This document shows, one piece after another, positions 32,331-43,675 of a DNA stretch of 64,000 bases; position 1 is the stretch's first letter; the number at the start of each line of letters is the position of its first letter. The notes below the pieces were generated by a model. The model did no database searches. It was given only the letters and a program-made list of their open reading frames with translations, and was not told the origin of the DNA. The stretch comes from Anaeromyxobacteraceae bacterium (GTDB taxonomy: Bacteria; Myxococcota; Myxococcia; Myxococcales; Anaeromyxobacteraceae), in the NCBI GenBank assembly GCA_032654565.1, contig JAULAX010000015.1:416001-480000 (forward strand), read 5' to 3'. The position numbers and the translations under genes are program-made.

Positions 32331-32346
32331 AGCACGCGCCGTGCCG
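32331..32346 (-). promoter_or_regulatory. Sigma54 (-24/-12) promoter of glnA
   Basis: Minus strand CGGCACG-GCGC-GTGCT with the GG-N10-GC spacing. Confidence 0.8.
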
Positions 32347-32407
32347 GTGCTGCGGGGGGATCAAGCTGCCAAATACCCTGCCGAGACAAGGGGCTACCCA
32401 AAGGTGG

Positions 32408-32447
32408 TGCACTATTTCCGTGCAGCAGGTTGCCCGCTTTGCGAGCA
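32408..32447. promoter_or_regulatory. Tandem NtrC-type binding sites upstream of glnA
   Basis: TGCAC-TATTTCC-GTGCA (32408-32424, consensus) and TGCCC-GCTTTGC-GAGCA (32431-32447), 23 bp apart. Confidence 0.8.
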
Positions 32448-32459
32448 GCCAGGCGTCGA

Positions 32460-33899
<1,440 letters not shown>

Positions 33900-33908
33900 G
33901 GGATCTCC

Positions 33909-34991
33909 CTAAGCAAGGCCGGGGCCAAGGCCGCTCCCCATGTCGAGGGGGAGGTAGATGCTGGCCTCGCAGCCCCCGGCCGACCGGTTGCGGACCTCGA
34001 TGCGCCCGCCGTGGGCGTCGATGATCCGCCGGGAGATGGCCAGCCCCAGCCCGGTGCCGTGCGGCTTGGAGGTGGCGAAGGGGGTGAAGAGCCTGGGCAG
34101 CATGGCCTCGGGGATGCCCGGGCCGTTGTCCTTGACCGAGACCCGCGCCAGGGGGTGGGTGCGGCCGCTGGCGGAGCGGACCCGCTGGCTGGCGACGGCG
34201 GTCTCCAGCAGCAGCTGGGCGCCGTTGCGGCCGGCCAGGGCGTCGAGGGCGTTGCGGACCAGGTTGAGGATCACCTGGGTGAGCTTCTCGTCGTCGCCGC
34301 GCACCCGCGGCAGCGACGGGTCGAACCGCTCCACGATGGTGACGCCGTCGGCGCCGGGGACGCCCCGGGCCAGCACCCGCACGTCGCCGAGCACCTGGTG
34401 GATGTCCACCGGCGCGGTGTGGAGCGCCGCCGGGCGGGCCAGGTCGAGCAGCTCGCGCACCAGGCCGTCGACGCGCCGGGCCTCGCGGGCGATCACCTGG
34501 GCGTAGTCCCGGGCGCTGCCCTCGGCCTCGCGGGCCAGCAGCTCCGCCGAGCCCTGCAGCCCGGCCAGCGGGTTCTTGATCTCGTGGGCCAGGCCGGCGG
34601 CCAGGGCCTCGAAGTCGAGGACCCGCTCGCCGTTGCGCGGGGGGCGCAGCACCACCACCGCCCCCAGGCAGGTGGAGCCGTCGAAGAGCGGCGAGGCCTC
34701 CACCGAGATGGCCAGGCTGCGATCGGCCGGGCTGGGCAGGAAGGAGGCCTGGGTCTCCTGGGAGCGGCGGGCCCGCTCCGCCACCGCCCCCAGCGCCTCG
34801 GCGCCGGGGAGGAGGTGGACCGGCAGCCCCACCGACTGCTCCCGGCTCCGGCCGAAGAGCTCCTCGGCCGGCGGGTTGAGGTGGAGCAGCAGCCCCTCGG
34901 CGTCGACCAGCAGGATGGCGTCGCCGACCGAGTCGACGGCGGCGCGGGCGAGCGCCGCCGTGAGCGCCGGAGGCTGGGCCGAGGCAGCCAA
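33909..34991 (-). CDS. ntrB: Cytoplasmic PAS histidine kinase, NtrB family
   Basis: PAS domain, H-box LAHEIKNPL, NLVRNA, DNGPGI, GTGLGL. The only plausible start near glnB is TTG 34991. Confidence 0.88.
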   Translation of the reverse strand: MAASAQPPALTAALARAAVDSVGDAILLVDAEGLLLHLNPPAEELFGRSREQSVGLPVHLLPGAEALGAVAERARRSQETQASFLPSPADRSLAISVEASPLFDGSTCLGAVVVLRPPRNGERVLDFEALAAGLAHEIKNPLAGLQGSAELLAREAEGSARDYAQVIAREARRVDGLVRELLDLARPAALHTAPVDIHQVLGDVRVLARGVPGADGVTIVERFDPSLPRVRGDDEKLTQVILNLVRNALDALAGRNGAQLLLETAVASQRVRSASGRTHPLARVSVKDNGPGIPEAMLPRLFTPFATSKPHGTGLGLAISRRIIDAHGGRIEVRNRSAGGCEASIYLPLDMGSGLGPGLA

Positions 34992-34996
34992 GGAAC

Positions 34997-35338
<342 letters not shown>

Positions 35339-35366
35339 TCACCTCGTGGATGGAAAAGTGACGCTG

Positions 35367-35464
35367 ACGCTACGCTTCGATGCGGCGACCGGTCAACCGG
35401 CGGCTGCCCGGAAACCGAGCACCGGGGTGCCCGACAACCGGACAGCCCGCCCGCTTGTCGGGCC
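35367..35464 (-). promoter_or_regulatory. Sigma70-like glnB promoter with adjacent NtrC-like sites
   Basis: Minus strand TTGACC-N18-TAGCGT (35396-35367). Sites TGCCC-N7-GAGCA (35405-35421), TGCCC-N7-GGACA (35428-35444) and CGCCC-N7-GGGCC (35448-35464). Confidence 0.55.
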
Positions 35465-35582
35465 GCCCGGACGGACGGATCGCCAGCCCGGCGGGGCGCT
35501 GGCGGACGGGAGGGCTGGACGGGCTGGCCACGGAGGCAGGGGTTGCAACCTGCGGGCCACGGCGGGCGGGTAGACTCCGGCC

Positions 35583-36614
35583 ATGGACGCCCGCCTGCTC
35601 ATCCCCCTGCTGCTCCTGGCCGCGGCCGCCCACCTGCTCTTCTGGCGCTGGCTGCTCTCGGCCCCGGGGCGCCACGACGAGGAGCTGGAGGCGGTGGCCG
35701 AGGATGGCTGGCGGCTCCGCCTCGGCCGGCGGCGGCCGAAGGGGGCGCCGCGGATCACGCCGGTGCTGCTGGTCCACGGGGTGGCCATGAACCGGCAGGC
35801 GCTCGACTTCGGCGTCGAGCGCTACTCGCTGTCGGCGGCGCTGGCGGCGGCCGGGTTCGACTGCTTCGCCCTCGACCTGCGCGGGCACGGCGGCTCGCGG
35901 CGGCGGCCGCCCGGCGTTCACGGTGAGTGGACGCTGGACCACTACCTGGGGCTCGACGTGCCGGCGGCGCTGCAGGCCATCCTCGAGGCCACCGGCGAGC
36001 GGCGGGTGCACTGGGTCGGCCACAGCCAGGGGGCGCTGCTGGGGCTGGCGGCGGCGCAGAAGTACCCGGACCGGATCGCCAGCGTGGTGGCGCTGGCCCC
36101 GCCCATCCGGCTGCCGCTGGGGCCGGTGGAGCACCGGCTCCTTCCCGGGCTGGCCCGCTCCCGGCTCTTCCGCCCGCTGGCCGCGCTGGTGGCGCCCTGG
36201 GCCGGCTGGTGGCAGCCGCGCCGGGCCGGGCTCTCCATCCAGCTCGGCAACATGGAGCGGCCCATCTACCGGCGGCTGCTCATGAACGCCATCGAGGAGC
36301 TGCCGCCCGGCGTGGTCGGCCACTTCGTCGCCCTGGCCCGGGAGGGGCGGCTCGGCTCCTTCGACGGCGCCGAGGACTGGCGCGAGGGGCTGGCGGCCTG
36401 CCGGCAGCCGGCCCTCTTCGTGGCGGCGCCGCGCGACGGGCTGGCGACGCTGGCCGGGGTCGAGGAGGGGCACGCCCGCTGGGGCGGCGAGAAGGCGCTG
36501 CTGGTGGCGGCGCCCGAGGTGGGGCACGGCGACCTGCTGCTCGGCAAGCGGGCCCCCGACGAGCTCTTCCCGGCGGTGCGCGACTGGCTGGTGGCGCGGA
36601 CGCCGCTGCGCTGA
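35583..36614 (+). CDS. Alpha/beta hydrolase with N-terminal membrane anchor
   Basis: LLVHG, DLRGHG, nucleophile GHSQG, C-terminal GHGDLL. Confidence 0.9.
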   Translation: MDARLLIPLLLLAAAAHLLFWRWLLSAPGRHDEELEAVAEDGWRLRLGRRRPKGAPRITPVLLVHGVAMNRQALDFGVERYSLSAALAAAGFDCFALDLRGHGGSRRRPPGVHGEWTLDHYLGLDVPAALQAILEATGERRVHWVGHSQGALLGLAAAQKYPDRIASVVALAPPIRLPLGPVEHRLLPGLARSRLFRPLAALVAPWAGWWQPRRAGLSIQLGNMERPIYRRLLMNAIEELPPGVVGHFVALAREGRLGSFDGAEDWREGLAACRQPALFVAAPRDGLATLAGVEEGHARWGGEKALLVAAPEVGHGDLLLGKRAPDELFPAVRDWLVARTPLR

Positions 36615-36619
36615 TGGGC

Positions 36620-38098
36620 TCAGCCGGCGCGCCACCAGACGCCGTCCCGCTCCACCGCCCGCCCCTGCGCGGCCAGCTTGAGCAGGATGGCCAGGCCGCT
36701 CCGCTGCGCCACCGGCCAGGCCTGCGGCGGCACCTCGGGGTAGGCGCGCTCGGTGATCTCGCCGAGCGAGCCCGGCTGGTCGAGCGCCTCGAGGACCCGG
36801 GCCTCGCGCTCGGCCCGGTGGGCCAGGTAACCGCGCAGCGCCGCCACGCCGCCGGGGGCGGGCTGGCCGTGGGCCGGGTAGAGGGTGTGGGGCTGCAGGT
36901 CGACGAGCCGCTGCAGCTGGCGCTCGTACTCGGCCATGTCCCCCTCGGGGGGATCGATGACGATGGTGGAGAGGGTGGAGAGCATGTCGCCCAGCAGCAG
37001 CGCCCCGGTCTCCTCGTCGTGGAAGACCACGTGGTCGCGGGCGTGACCCGGGGTGAACAGCACCTCCCAGCGGCCGCCCAGCAGCTCGCCCTCGCGCAGC
37101 GGCTTGAAGAGGGTGCCGGGGAGGCGCGGGGCGATGTCGCGGTGGGCGCGGACGGTGAGGCCGCGGGCCGCCAGCGCCGCCACGCCGCCGACGTGGTCGG
37201 CGTGGCCGTGGGTGAGCCAGACCTCGCGGGCCGGGCGCCCCTCGGCGGCCAGGGTCTCGAGGAAGTCGTCGAGCCTGGCCTGCTCCTCGGGCCAGGGGGA
37301 GCCGGGGTCGACCACCGCCACCCGGTCGCCGAGGTCGACGATCCAGCAGTTGGTGTGGGCGGCCGGGGGCAGGGTGGGGGTGCGCAGCGGCAGCTGCCAG
37401 AGCCCCTGCTGGTACTCGAGGCGGCGGGCCGCGCGGCCCGGGTTGCGCAGCGCCTCCAGGTCCGGCGAGGGGCCGCGGGCCAGCACCCGGACCGGCCAGA
37501 GGTTGGGCGGCAGGAAGAGCCGGTCGCCGCGCGACCAGTCGTCGAGGGCGGCGGCCATCGAGCTCCAGGCCCCCTCGGCCAGCTCGCCGGGCCAGACCTC
37601 GGGGGCGTCGTGGTCGCGCCACTCCACCAGGTAGGTGAGGGCGTCGAAGCGCAGGGCGTAGAACTCCGGGGTCACCCAGCGGCCGCCCTCGACGAAGCGG
37701 GCGCCGTCCACCGCGGCGCCGAGCTCGGCCAGCAGCGCCGCGAAGCCGACCTGGCCGGCCAGCAGCCGGGTGCGGTGGGCGGCCAGCGCCGCCGGGGGAT
37801 GGGGGGGGCCGGTGGCGATGAGCACCCCGGCCTCCTCGAAGAGCTCGCGGGCGGCGCAGGCCAGGTCGGCGGGGGCGTTGGGGCCGGGGGCGTGGACCGG
37901 GACCTCCTCGTCCTCGGGATCGCGGCGGCCGCCGGGGAAGGTGGTGAAGCCGGGGGCGAAGCGCTGGGTGGCGCCGCGGCGGACCAGGAAGGCCTCCAGC
38001 CCGCGGGGGCCGGGGCGCCAGAGGATGACCGAGGCGGCGCGGCGAGGGGTGGCGGGCGTCGGCGGCGGGCCGAGGTGGGGGCCGATGAGCTCGCTCAC
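36620..38098 (-). CDS. NUDIX + metallo-beta-lactamase (LACTB2-like) fusion
   Basis: FPGG...ARELFEEAG NUDIX box with WVTP. MBL motifs THGHADHVGG, TPGHARDH, GD and PAHG. Confidence 0.88.
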   Translation of the reverse strand: MSELIGPHLGPPPTPATPRRAASVILWRPGPRGLEAFLVRRGATQRFAPGFTTFPGGRRDPEDEEVPVHAPGPNAPADLACAARELFEEAGVLIATGPPHPPAALAAHRTRLLAGQVGFAALLAELGAAVDGARFVEGGRWVTPEFYALRFDALTYLVEWRDHDAPEVWPGELAEGAWSSMAAALDDWSRGDRLFLPPNLWPVRVLARGPSPDLEALRNPGRAARRLEYQQGLWQLPLRTPTLPPAAHTNCWIVDLGDRVAVVDPGSPWPEEQARLDDFLETLAAEGRPAREVWLTHGHADHVGGVAALAARGLTVRAHRDIAPRLPGTLFKPLREGELLGGRWEVLFTPGHARDHVVFHDEETGALLLGDMLSTLSTIVIDPPEGDMAEYERQLQRLVDLQPHTLYPAHGQPAPGGVAALRGYLAHRAEREARVLEALDQPGSLGEITERAYPEVPPQAWPVAQRSGLAILLKLAAQGRAVERDGVWWRAG

Positions 38099-39285
38099 AC
38101 CGGGATCCGGACCAGCTCCTGCTGCACCTTCCCGTAGACGTGCGGGCCGTCGGCGCGCAGCACCACATCGATCTCGGTGCGGACGCCCATCCCCTCGGCG
38201 GGGAGGTAGATGCCGGGCTCGATGGAGAAGGCCAGGCCGGGGACCAGCGGGCGGGTGTCGTGGGTCTCCAGGTCGTCGAGGTTGGCGCCGTCGCCGTGGA
38301 CGCGGACGCCGATGGAGTGGCCGGTGCGGTGGATGAAGGCCTCGCCGAAGCCCTGGGCGGCGATGGTGTCGCGGACGGTGCGGTCGACCTGCCAGCCCTG
38401 CAGGGTCTGGCCGGCGGCGTGGGCGCGCTGCAGCTGGGCGAAGCCGGCGTCGCGGCCGTCGGCGGCGGCGCGGAAGATGCGGGCCATCTTCTCCGGCGGC
38501 CGGTCGCCGCAGAAGCCCATCCAGGTGATGTCGGCGTAGACGTCGTCGGGGCCGGTGTGGCGGGCCCAGAGGTCGATGAGGACCAGGTCGCCTTTCCGGA
38601 TCCGGGTGGGGGTGGCGTCGGAGGGCTCGTAGTGCGGATCGCCGGCGTGGCCGTTGACGGCGACGATGGGGGCGTGGTCGTACTCCAGGCCGGCCTCGGT
38701 GAAGCGGTCGGTGAGGAAGCGCTGGACCTCGGTCTCGGTGGGCGAGCCCCCGGCCCGGAGCCGCTCGCCGAGGTGGGCGAAGGCGGCGTCCTTGGCGGCG
38801 TCGATGGTGGCCAGGGCGCGGCGGTGGCTCTCCACCTGGGCGTCGGTCCAGCGGCAGAGGAAGTGCTGCACCAGCTCGGCGGAGGAGACCACGGTGGCGC
38901 CGAAGCCGCGGACCACCTCGAGGGTGCCGGCGTCGACGCGGGAGAGGTAGGGGATGGCCGCCTCGGGGCAGTACTCCATGGCCAGCCGGGGGGCCCGGGG
39001 GAGCGTCGCGAACAGCTCACCGAGGGCGGCCCGCAGCGACTGCCAGGAGGCGTACCCGGTGCGCCGGCCCGGGACCTCCGGGGGGAAGGAGCCGAGCTCG
39101 ATGGCGTGGACGATGAGCTGCGGCTCGCCGCGGGCGGGGACCAGGTAGTACCAGCGCCGGGTCAGCATCCGCCCGCCCAGCCCCAGGGCGGTGAGCGCGG
39201 TGGGGTTCTGGCCGTGGAAGTCGTAGAGGAGCCAGCCGTCCAGCTGCTGCTCGACGAGGGCCTGCTGGAGGGCGGGGATGTCCAT
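38095..39285 (-). CDS. M24 metallopeptidase (Xaa-Pro aminopeptidase family)
   Basis: DPHY, LIDLW, YADITW, HRTGHSIG, FSIEPGIY, RTE. ATG at 39285. Confidence 0.92.
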   Translation of the reverse strand: MDIPALQQALVEQQLDGWLLYDFHGQNPTALTALGLGGRMLTRRWYYLVPARGEPQLIVHAIELGSFPPEVPGRRTGYASWQSLRAALGELFATLPRAPRLAMEYCPEAAIPYLSRVDAGTLEVVRGFGATVVSSAELVQHFLCRWTDAQVESHRRALATIDAAKDAAFAHLGERLRAGGSPTETEVQRFLTDRFTEAGLEYDHAPIVAVNGHAGDPHYEPSDATPTRIRKGDLVLIDLWARHTGPDDVYADITWMGFCGDRPPEKMARIFRAAADGRDAGFAQLQRAHAAGQTLQGWQVDRTVRDTIAAQGFGEAFIHRTGHSIGVRVHGDGANLDDLETHDTRPLVPGLAFSIEPGIYLPAEGMGVRTEIDVVLRADGPHVYGKVQQELVRIPV

Positions 39286-39350
39286 CCGCGCGTTGTAGCG
39301 CCGCGGGAGCCCCACGGCAACGCGACCGGCGCCCCGGGGGTGGATCCGGG

Positions 39351-40817
39351 CTAGATCGGGACCCGGTAGCGCGGCCCCGACCCGGCCTCGCCGGCGCGGG
39401 GGATCTGGTGCAGCCGGACGGAGTTGGTCATCCCGGCCACGCCCACCGGCGAGCCGTACACCAGCACCAGCCGGTCGCCGGGCCGGGCGATCCCGTCGGC
39501 CACCAGCCGCTCCGCCACCGCCTCGGCCATGGCGTCGGCGTTCTTCACCGGCTCCATCAGGGCCGGGATCACCCCCCAGTAGAGCGCGCAGCGCCGCCGC
39601 ACCGACTGGTCGGTGGAGAAGGCCACCACCGGCACCGCCGGCCGGAAGTGGGCCAGCAGCCGCGCCGTGGAGCCCGACATGGTGAAGCAGCAGACGGCCA
39701 CCGCCCCCGAGCTCCCCGCCGCCCGGCAGGCCGCCGCCGCCACCACCTCGTCCATGGGGGCCGGCACCGCCTCGGTCAGCCCCGGGACCCGGCGGGTCCC
39801 GGCCGTGGCCTCCGCCTCCCGCACGATCCGGTCCATCATCTGCACCGCCGCCAGCGGGTGGCGGCCGCTGGCGGTCTCGCCCGAGAGCATCACCGCGTCG
39901 GCGCCGTCCCAGATGCCGTTGGCCACGTCGCTGGCCTCGGCGCGGGTGGGGCGCGGGTGGTCGATCATCGAGTTGAGCATCTGGGTGGCGATGATCACCG
40001 GCTTCCCCAGGGCGTTGGCCTTCTGGCAGAGCATCTTCTGGATGCCCGGCACCCGCTCCGGCGCGATCTCCACGCCGAGGTCGCCGCGGGCCACCATCAG
40101 CCCGTCGGCGGCGGCCAGGATGGCGTCGATCTCGTCGAGCGCCTCCGGCTTCTCGATCTTGGCGATCACCGGCACCACCCGGCCGGCCTGCTCCATGAGC
40201 CGCCGGCAGAGCAGCACGTCCTGCGCCGTCCGCACGAAGGAGAGGGCCACGGCGTCGACGCCGTTGGCCAGGCCGAAGGCCAGGTCGGCCTTGTCCTTGT
40301 CGCTCATGGCCTCGGTGCGCAGCGCCACGCCGGGCAGGTTGATCCCCTTGTTCTCGCCGAGCGGCCCGCCCTCCACCACCTCGGCGGTCACCTTGACGCC
40401 GTCGGTGGAGAGCACCCGCAGCTCGAGCAGGCCGTCGTCGATGAGCAGCCGGTCGCCCGGCTTCACGTCCTCGGCCAGGTGCAGGTAGGTGGTCGAGACC
40501 AGGTGCTCGTCGCCGACCACCTCGCCGGCGGTGGTGATGTCGATGCGCTGGCCGGTCACCAGCGTCACCCCGGCCCGCCCGGCCTTGAGCGGGCCGGTGC
40601 GGATCTTGGGTCCCTGCAGGTCCTGGAGCACCGCCACCGGCTTGCCGAGGTGGCGCGACGCGGCGCGGATCCGGCCCAGCGTCGCGGCGTGGTCGGCGTG
40701 GCTCCCGTGGGAGAAGTTGAGCCGGGCCACGTCGACGCCGTTGGCGAGCAGCTGCTCGAGGGCCTCGGGGGTGGCGGTGGCGGGTCCGATGGTGGCGACG
40801 ATCTTGGCGCGGCGCAT
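39351..40817 (-). CDS. pyk: Pyruvate kinase
   Basis: KIVATIGPA, RLNFSHG, DLQGPKIR, IAKIE, MVARGDLGVE, ATQML, PTRAE, MLSGETA. Confidence 0.98.
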   Translation of the reverse strand: MRRAKIVATIGPATATPEALEQLLANGVDVARLNFSHGSHADHAATLGRIRAASRHLGKPVAVLQDLQGPKIRTGPLKAGRAGVTLVTGQRIDITTAGEVVGDEHLVSTTYLHLAEDVKPGDRLLIDDGLLELRVLSTDGVKVTAEVVEGGPLGENKGINLPGVALRTEAMSDKDKADLAFGLANGVDAVALSFVRTAQDVLLCRRLMEQAGRVVPVIAKIEKPEALDEIDAILAAADGLMVARGDLGVEIAPERVPGIQKMLCQKANALGKPVIIATQMLNSMIDHPRPTRAEASDVANGIWDGADAVMLSGETASGRHPLAAVQMMDRIVREAEATAGTRRVPGLTEAVPAPMDEVVAAAACRAAGSSGAVAVCCFTMSGSTARLLAHFRPAVPVVAFSTDQSVRRRCALYWGVIPALMEPVKNADAMAEAVAERLVADGIARPGDRLVLVYGSPVGVAGMTNSVRLHQIPRAGEAGSGPRYRVPI

Positions 40818-40881
40818 GGCGCCTTGTACCTTCCGGGGGCGGCCGGGGTCCAGTCACGCCGAGGTCACGCCGGTCCCAGGG

Positions 40882-40910
40882 TTGTCCGGGCGCTCGCGGG
40901 GCGCTACCTT
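40882..40910 (+). promoter_or_regulatory. Sigma70-like promoter of the HD-GYP gene, apparently leaderless
   Basis: TTGTCC-N17-TACCTT, ending 8 nt before ATG 40919. Confidence 0.55.
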
Positions 40911-40918
40911 CGCCTGCC

Positions 40919-42361
40919 ATGGACCACCCCGCGCTCCTCCGCCGGCTCGAGAAGCTCCAGCGCCTGCTCGAGGTGGCGCGGGCCATGACCGCCGAGCGCC
41001 GCCTCCCCCACCTGCTCCAGACCATCAACGACGCCGCCGCCGGCGTCGCCGAGGCCGACCGCTGCAGCATCTTCGTGGTCGACCGCGAGCGCGGCGAGCT
41101 CTGGACCCCGGTGGCCCACGGCACCGGCGAGATCCGCATCCCGCTCGGCGCCGGCATCGCCGGGGCGGTGGCCGCCTCCGGGGTCTCCATCCGCATCCCC
41201 GACGCCTACGCCGACCCCCGCTTCAACCCCGAGGTCGACGCCGCCACCGGCTACCGGACCCGCAACATCCTCTGCGTCCCCATGATCAACACCACCGGTG
41301 AACCGACCGGGGTGATCCAGGCGCTCAACCGGCGCGACGGCAGCTTCGGCGACGAGGACGAGGAGCTGCTGCAGGCCCTGGCCGGCCCGGCCGCCAGCGC
41401 CGTGGAGAACGCCCTGCTCCACGAGGAGATCGAGCGGCTCTTCGAGGGCTTCGTGCAGGCCTCGGTCACCGCCATCGAGTCCCGCGACCCCACCACCGCC
41501 GGCCACTCCGGCCGCGTCGCCACCCTCACCGTCGGCCTGGCCCGCGCCGTCGAGCAGGCCCCGCCCCCGCCCTGGCGCGGCGTCCGCTTCGAGGCGGCCG
41601 CCCTGCAGCAGCTCCGCTACGCCGCCCTGCTCCACGACTTCGGCAAGGTCGGGGTGCGCGAGCACGTCCTCACCAAGGCCGACAAGCTCCACCCCCACCA
41701 GCTCGACCAGCTCAAGGGGCGCTTCGAGCTGGCCCGGGCCATGCTCGAGAACGACCGGCTGCGGGCCCGCCTGGCCGGCCACAGCGAGGCCGAGGTGGAC
41801 GAGCGGCTGGCCGAGCTCGACGCCTGCCTCGAGGTGGTGCTGGTGGCCAACCGGCCGGCGGTGCTGGCCGAGGCCGCCTCGGCCAGGCTGGCCGAGCTGG
41901 CCGGGCGGACCTTCACCGACCCGCGCGGCGAGCCCCGCCACCTGGTGAGCGCCGACGAGCTCTCGCTGCTCTCCATCCCGCGCGGCTCGCTCTCCGAGGC
42001 GGAGCGGCGCGAGATCGAGAGCCACGTCACCCACACCTTCCGCTTCCTCTCGCAGATCCCCTGGACCCGGGCGCTGCGCCGCATCCCGGAGATCGCCTAC
42101 GGCCACCACGAGAAGCTCGACGGCCACGGCTACCCGCGCTCCATGGCCGCCCCGTCCATCGGCGTGGAGACGCGGATGATGACCATCGCCGACATCTTCG
42201 ACGCCCTGACCGCCAGCGACCGCCCCTACAAGAAGGCGCTCCCGGTGGAGCGGGCCCTCGACATCCTCGGCGACGAGGTGAAGCGCGGGCAGGTGGACGC
42301 CTCGCTCTTCGGCGTCTTCGTCGAGTCCAAGCCCTGGCTGGCGCCGCCGCCGGGGACGTGA
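40919..42361 (+). CDS. GAF + HD-GYP cyclic-dinucleotide phosphodiesterase
   Basis: GAF ([23 protein letters not shown]...QALN), [38 protein letters not shown]. Confidence 0.92.
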   Translation: MDHPALLRRLEKLQRLLEVARAMTAERRLPHLLQTINDAAAGVAEADRCSIFVVDRERGELWTPVAHGTGEIRIPLGAGIAGAVAASGVSIRIPDAYADPRFNPEVDAATGYRTRNILCVPMINTTGEPTGVIQALNRRDGSFGDEDEELLQALAGPAASAVENALLHEEIERLFEGFVQASVTAIESRDPTTAGHSGRVATLTVGLARAVEQAPPPPWRGVRFEAAALQQLRYAALLHDFGKVGVREHVLTKADKLHPHQLDQLKGRFELARAMLENDRLRARLAGHSEAEVDERLAELDACLEVVLVANRPAVLAEAASARLAELAGRTFTDPRGEPRHLVSADELSLLSIPRGSLSEAERREIESHVTHTFRFLSQIPWTRALRRIPEIAYGHHEKLDGHGYPRSMAAPSIGVETRMMTIADIFDALTASDRPYKKALPVERALDILGDEVKRGQVDASLFGVFVESKPWLAPPPGT

Positions 42362-42365
42362 CCGC

Positions 42366-43385
42366 GTGCTCCACCTGGCCGGACAGGACAGCCGGGCGCT
42401 GGCCGAGCGCGCCGGGATCACCCTCACCGACGCCCGCCGCGTCCTCGGCGCCGTGGTGGGGCGCGGCCAGCCGCTGCGCGCCGCCCGCAACGTCCGGCGC
42501 GAGGTGATGGACCGGCTCGAGGCCCTGGCCACGCCCGGCGTCCTGCGCGAGCTGGAGCGGGTCGACGCCGCCGACGGCTTCCGCAAGTACCTGCTGGCCT
42601 GCCCCGACGGGGTGCGCGTCGAGGCGGTGCGCATCCCGCTCTTCGACACCCACCACGTCGCCTGCCTCTCCTCGCAGGCCGGCTGCGCCATGGACTGCGC
42701 CTTCTGCGCCACCGGCCGGCTCGGCCTGACCCGCTCGCTGGCCGCCTGGGAGATGGTGGCGCAGCTGCTCCACCTGCGCGCCGACTCGACCCGCCCCATC
42801 ACCGGCGTGGTCTTCATGGGGCAGGGCGAGCCCTTCGCCAACTACGAGGCGGTCATCGACGCCGCCTACGCGCTCTGCGATCCGGCCGGCGCCCGCATCG
42901 ACGGCCGCCGCATCTCCATCTCCACGGTGGGGCTGGTGCCGCAGCTGCGCCGCTACACCGCCGAGGGGCACAAGTTCCGGCTCTGCATCTCGCTCAACGC
43001 CGCCATCCCGGAGAAGCGCCGGGCCCTGATGCCGGTCGACAAGGCCTGGCCGCTCGACGAGCTGATGGACGCGGTACGCGAGCACGCCGCGGCGCGCGGC
43101 CGGGTGACGCTGGAGTACGTGATGATGGCCGGCCTCAACACCGGCGAGGAGGACGCCGTGGCGCTGGGCCTCCTCCTGCGCGACCTGCCGGTGCGACTCA
43201 ACCCCATCGCCGTCAACGACGCCACCGGCCGCTACCGGCCCCCCGGCGAGGCCGAGTGGCAGCTGTTCCGCGACCAGCTGGCCCGCCACCTCCCCGGCCA
43301 GCCCATCGTGCGCCGCTACTCCGGCGGGCAGGACCAGCACGCCGCCTGCGGCATGCTGGCGTCGCGTCAGCTCGCCGACGGCTGA
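42366..43385 (+). CDS. RlmN/Cfr-family radical SAM methyltransferase (divergent paralogue)
   Basis: [36 protein letters not shown]-terminal AACGML. Confidence 0.88.
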   Translation: MLHLAGQDSRALAERAGITLTDARRVLGAVVGRGQPLRAARNVRREVMDRLEALATPGVLRELERVDAADGFRKYLLACPDGVRVEAVRIPLFDTHHVACLSSQAGCAMDCAFCATGRLGLTRSLAAWEMVAQLLHLRADSTRPITGVVFMGQGEPFANYEAVIDAAYALCDPAGARIDGRRISISTVGLVPQLRRYTAEGHKFRLCISLNAAIPEKRRALMPVDKAWPLDELMDAVREHAAARGRVTLEYVMMAGLNTGEEDAVALGLLLRDLPVRLNPIAVNDATGRYRPPGEAEWQLFRDQLARHLPGQPIVRRYSGGQDQHAACGMLASRQLADG

Positions 43386-43675
43386 GCCGGCGCCGCCGGT
43401 GGAGCGGCCGGGGGCGGGGAGGGCTTCGGGGGCGCGGGCGACGGACCGGGCTCGGGCCGGGGCGGCCTGGCCCGGGGCGGCTCGGCCCCCTCGGGCACCA
43501 GCAGGTCGAGCCGGTCGAGCAGGTCGAGCTGCTCCAGCAGCTCGAGGTGGCGCAGCAGCTCCTCGTCATCGGCAGCCCCCGGCTCGGCCGCGGGCGGCGG
43601 CGCGGGGGGCGCGGGGCGGGCCGGCGCCGCCGGGGGCGCGGCCAGGAGCAGCAGGGCGGCGAGCGGGGCGATCAT
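43367..43675 (-). CDS. Small secreted Pro-rich protein with an acidic Leu-rich helix
   Basis: ATGA overlap with the upstream barrel gene. Signal [13 protein letters not shown] and core [24 protein letters not shown]. Confidence 0.65.
   Translation of the reverse strand: MIAPLAALLLLAAPPAAPARPAPPAPPPAAEPGAADDEELLRHLELLEQLDLLDRLDLLVPEGAEPPRARPPRPEPGPSPAPPKPSPPPAAPPAAPAQPSAS

Noticed and set aside
38095..41196. 1033-aa ORF apparently extending the M24 peptidase across pyk
   Set aside because: Off-frame read-through of pyk. The peptidase has its own ATG at 39285 with a promoter-like signal.
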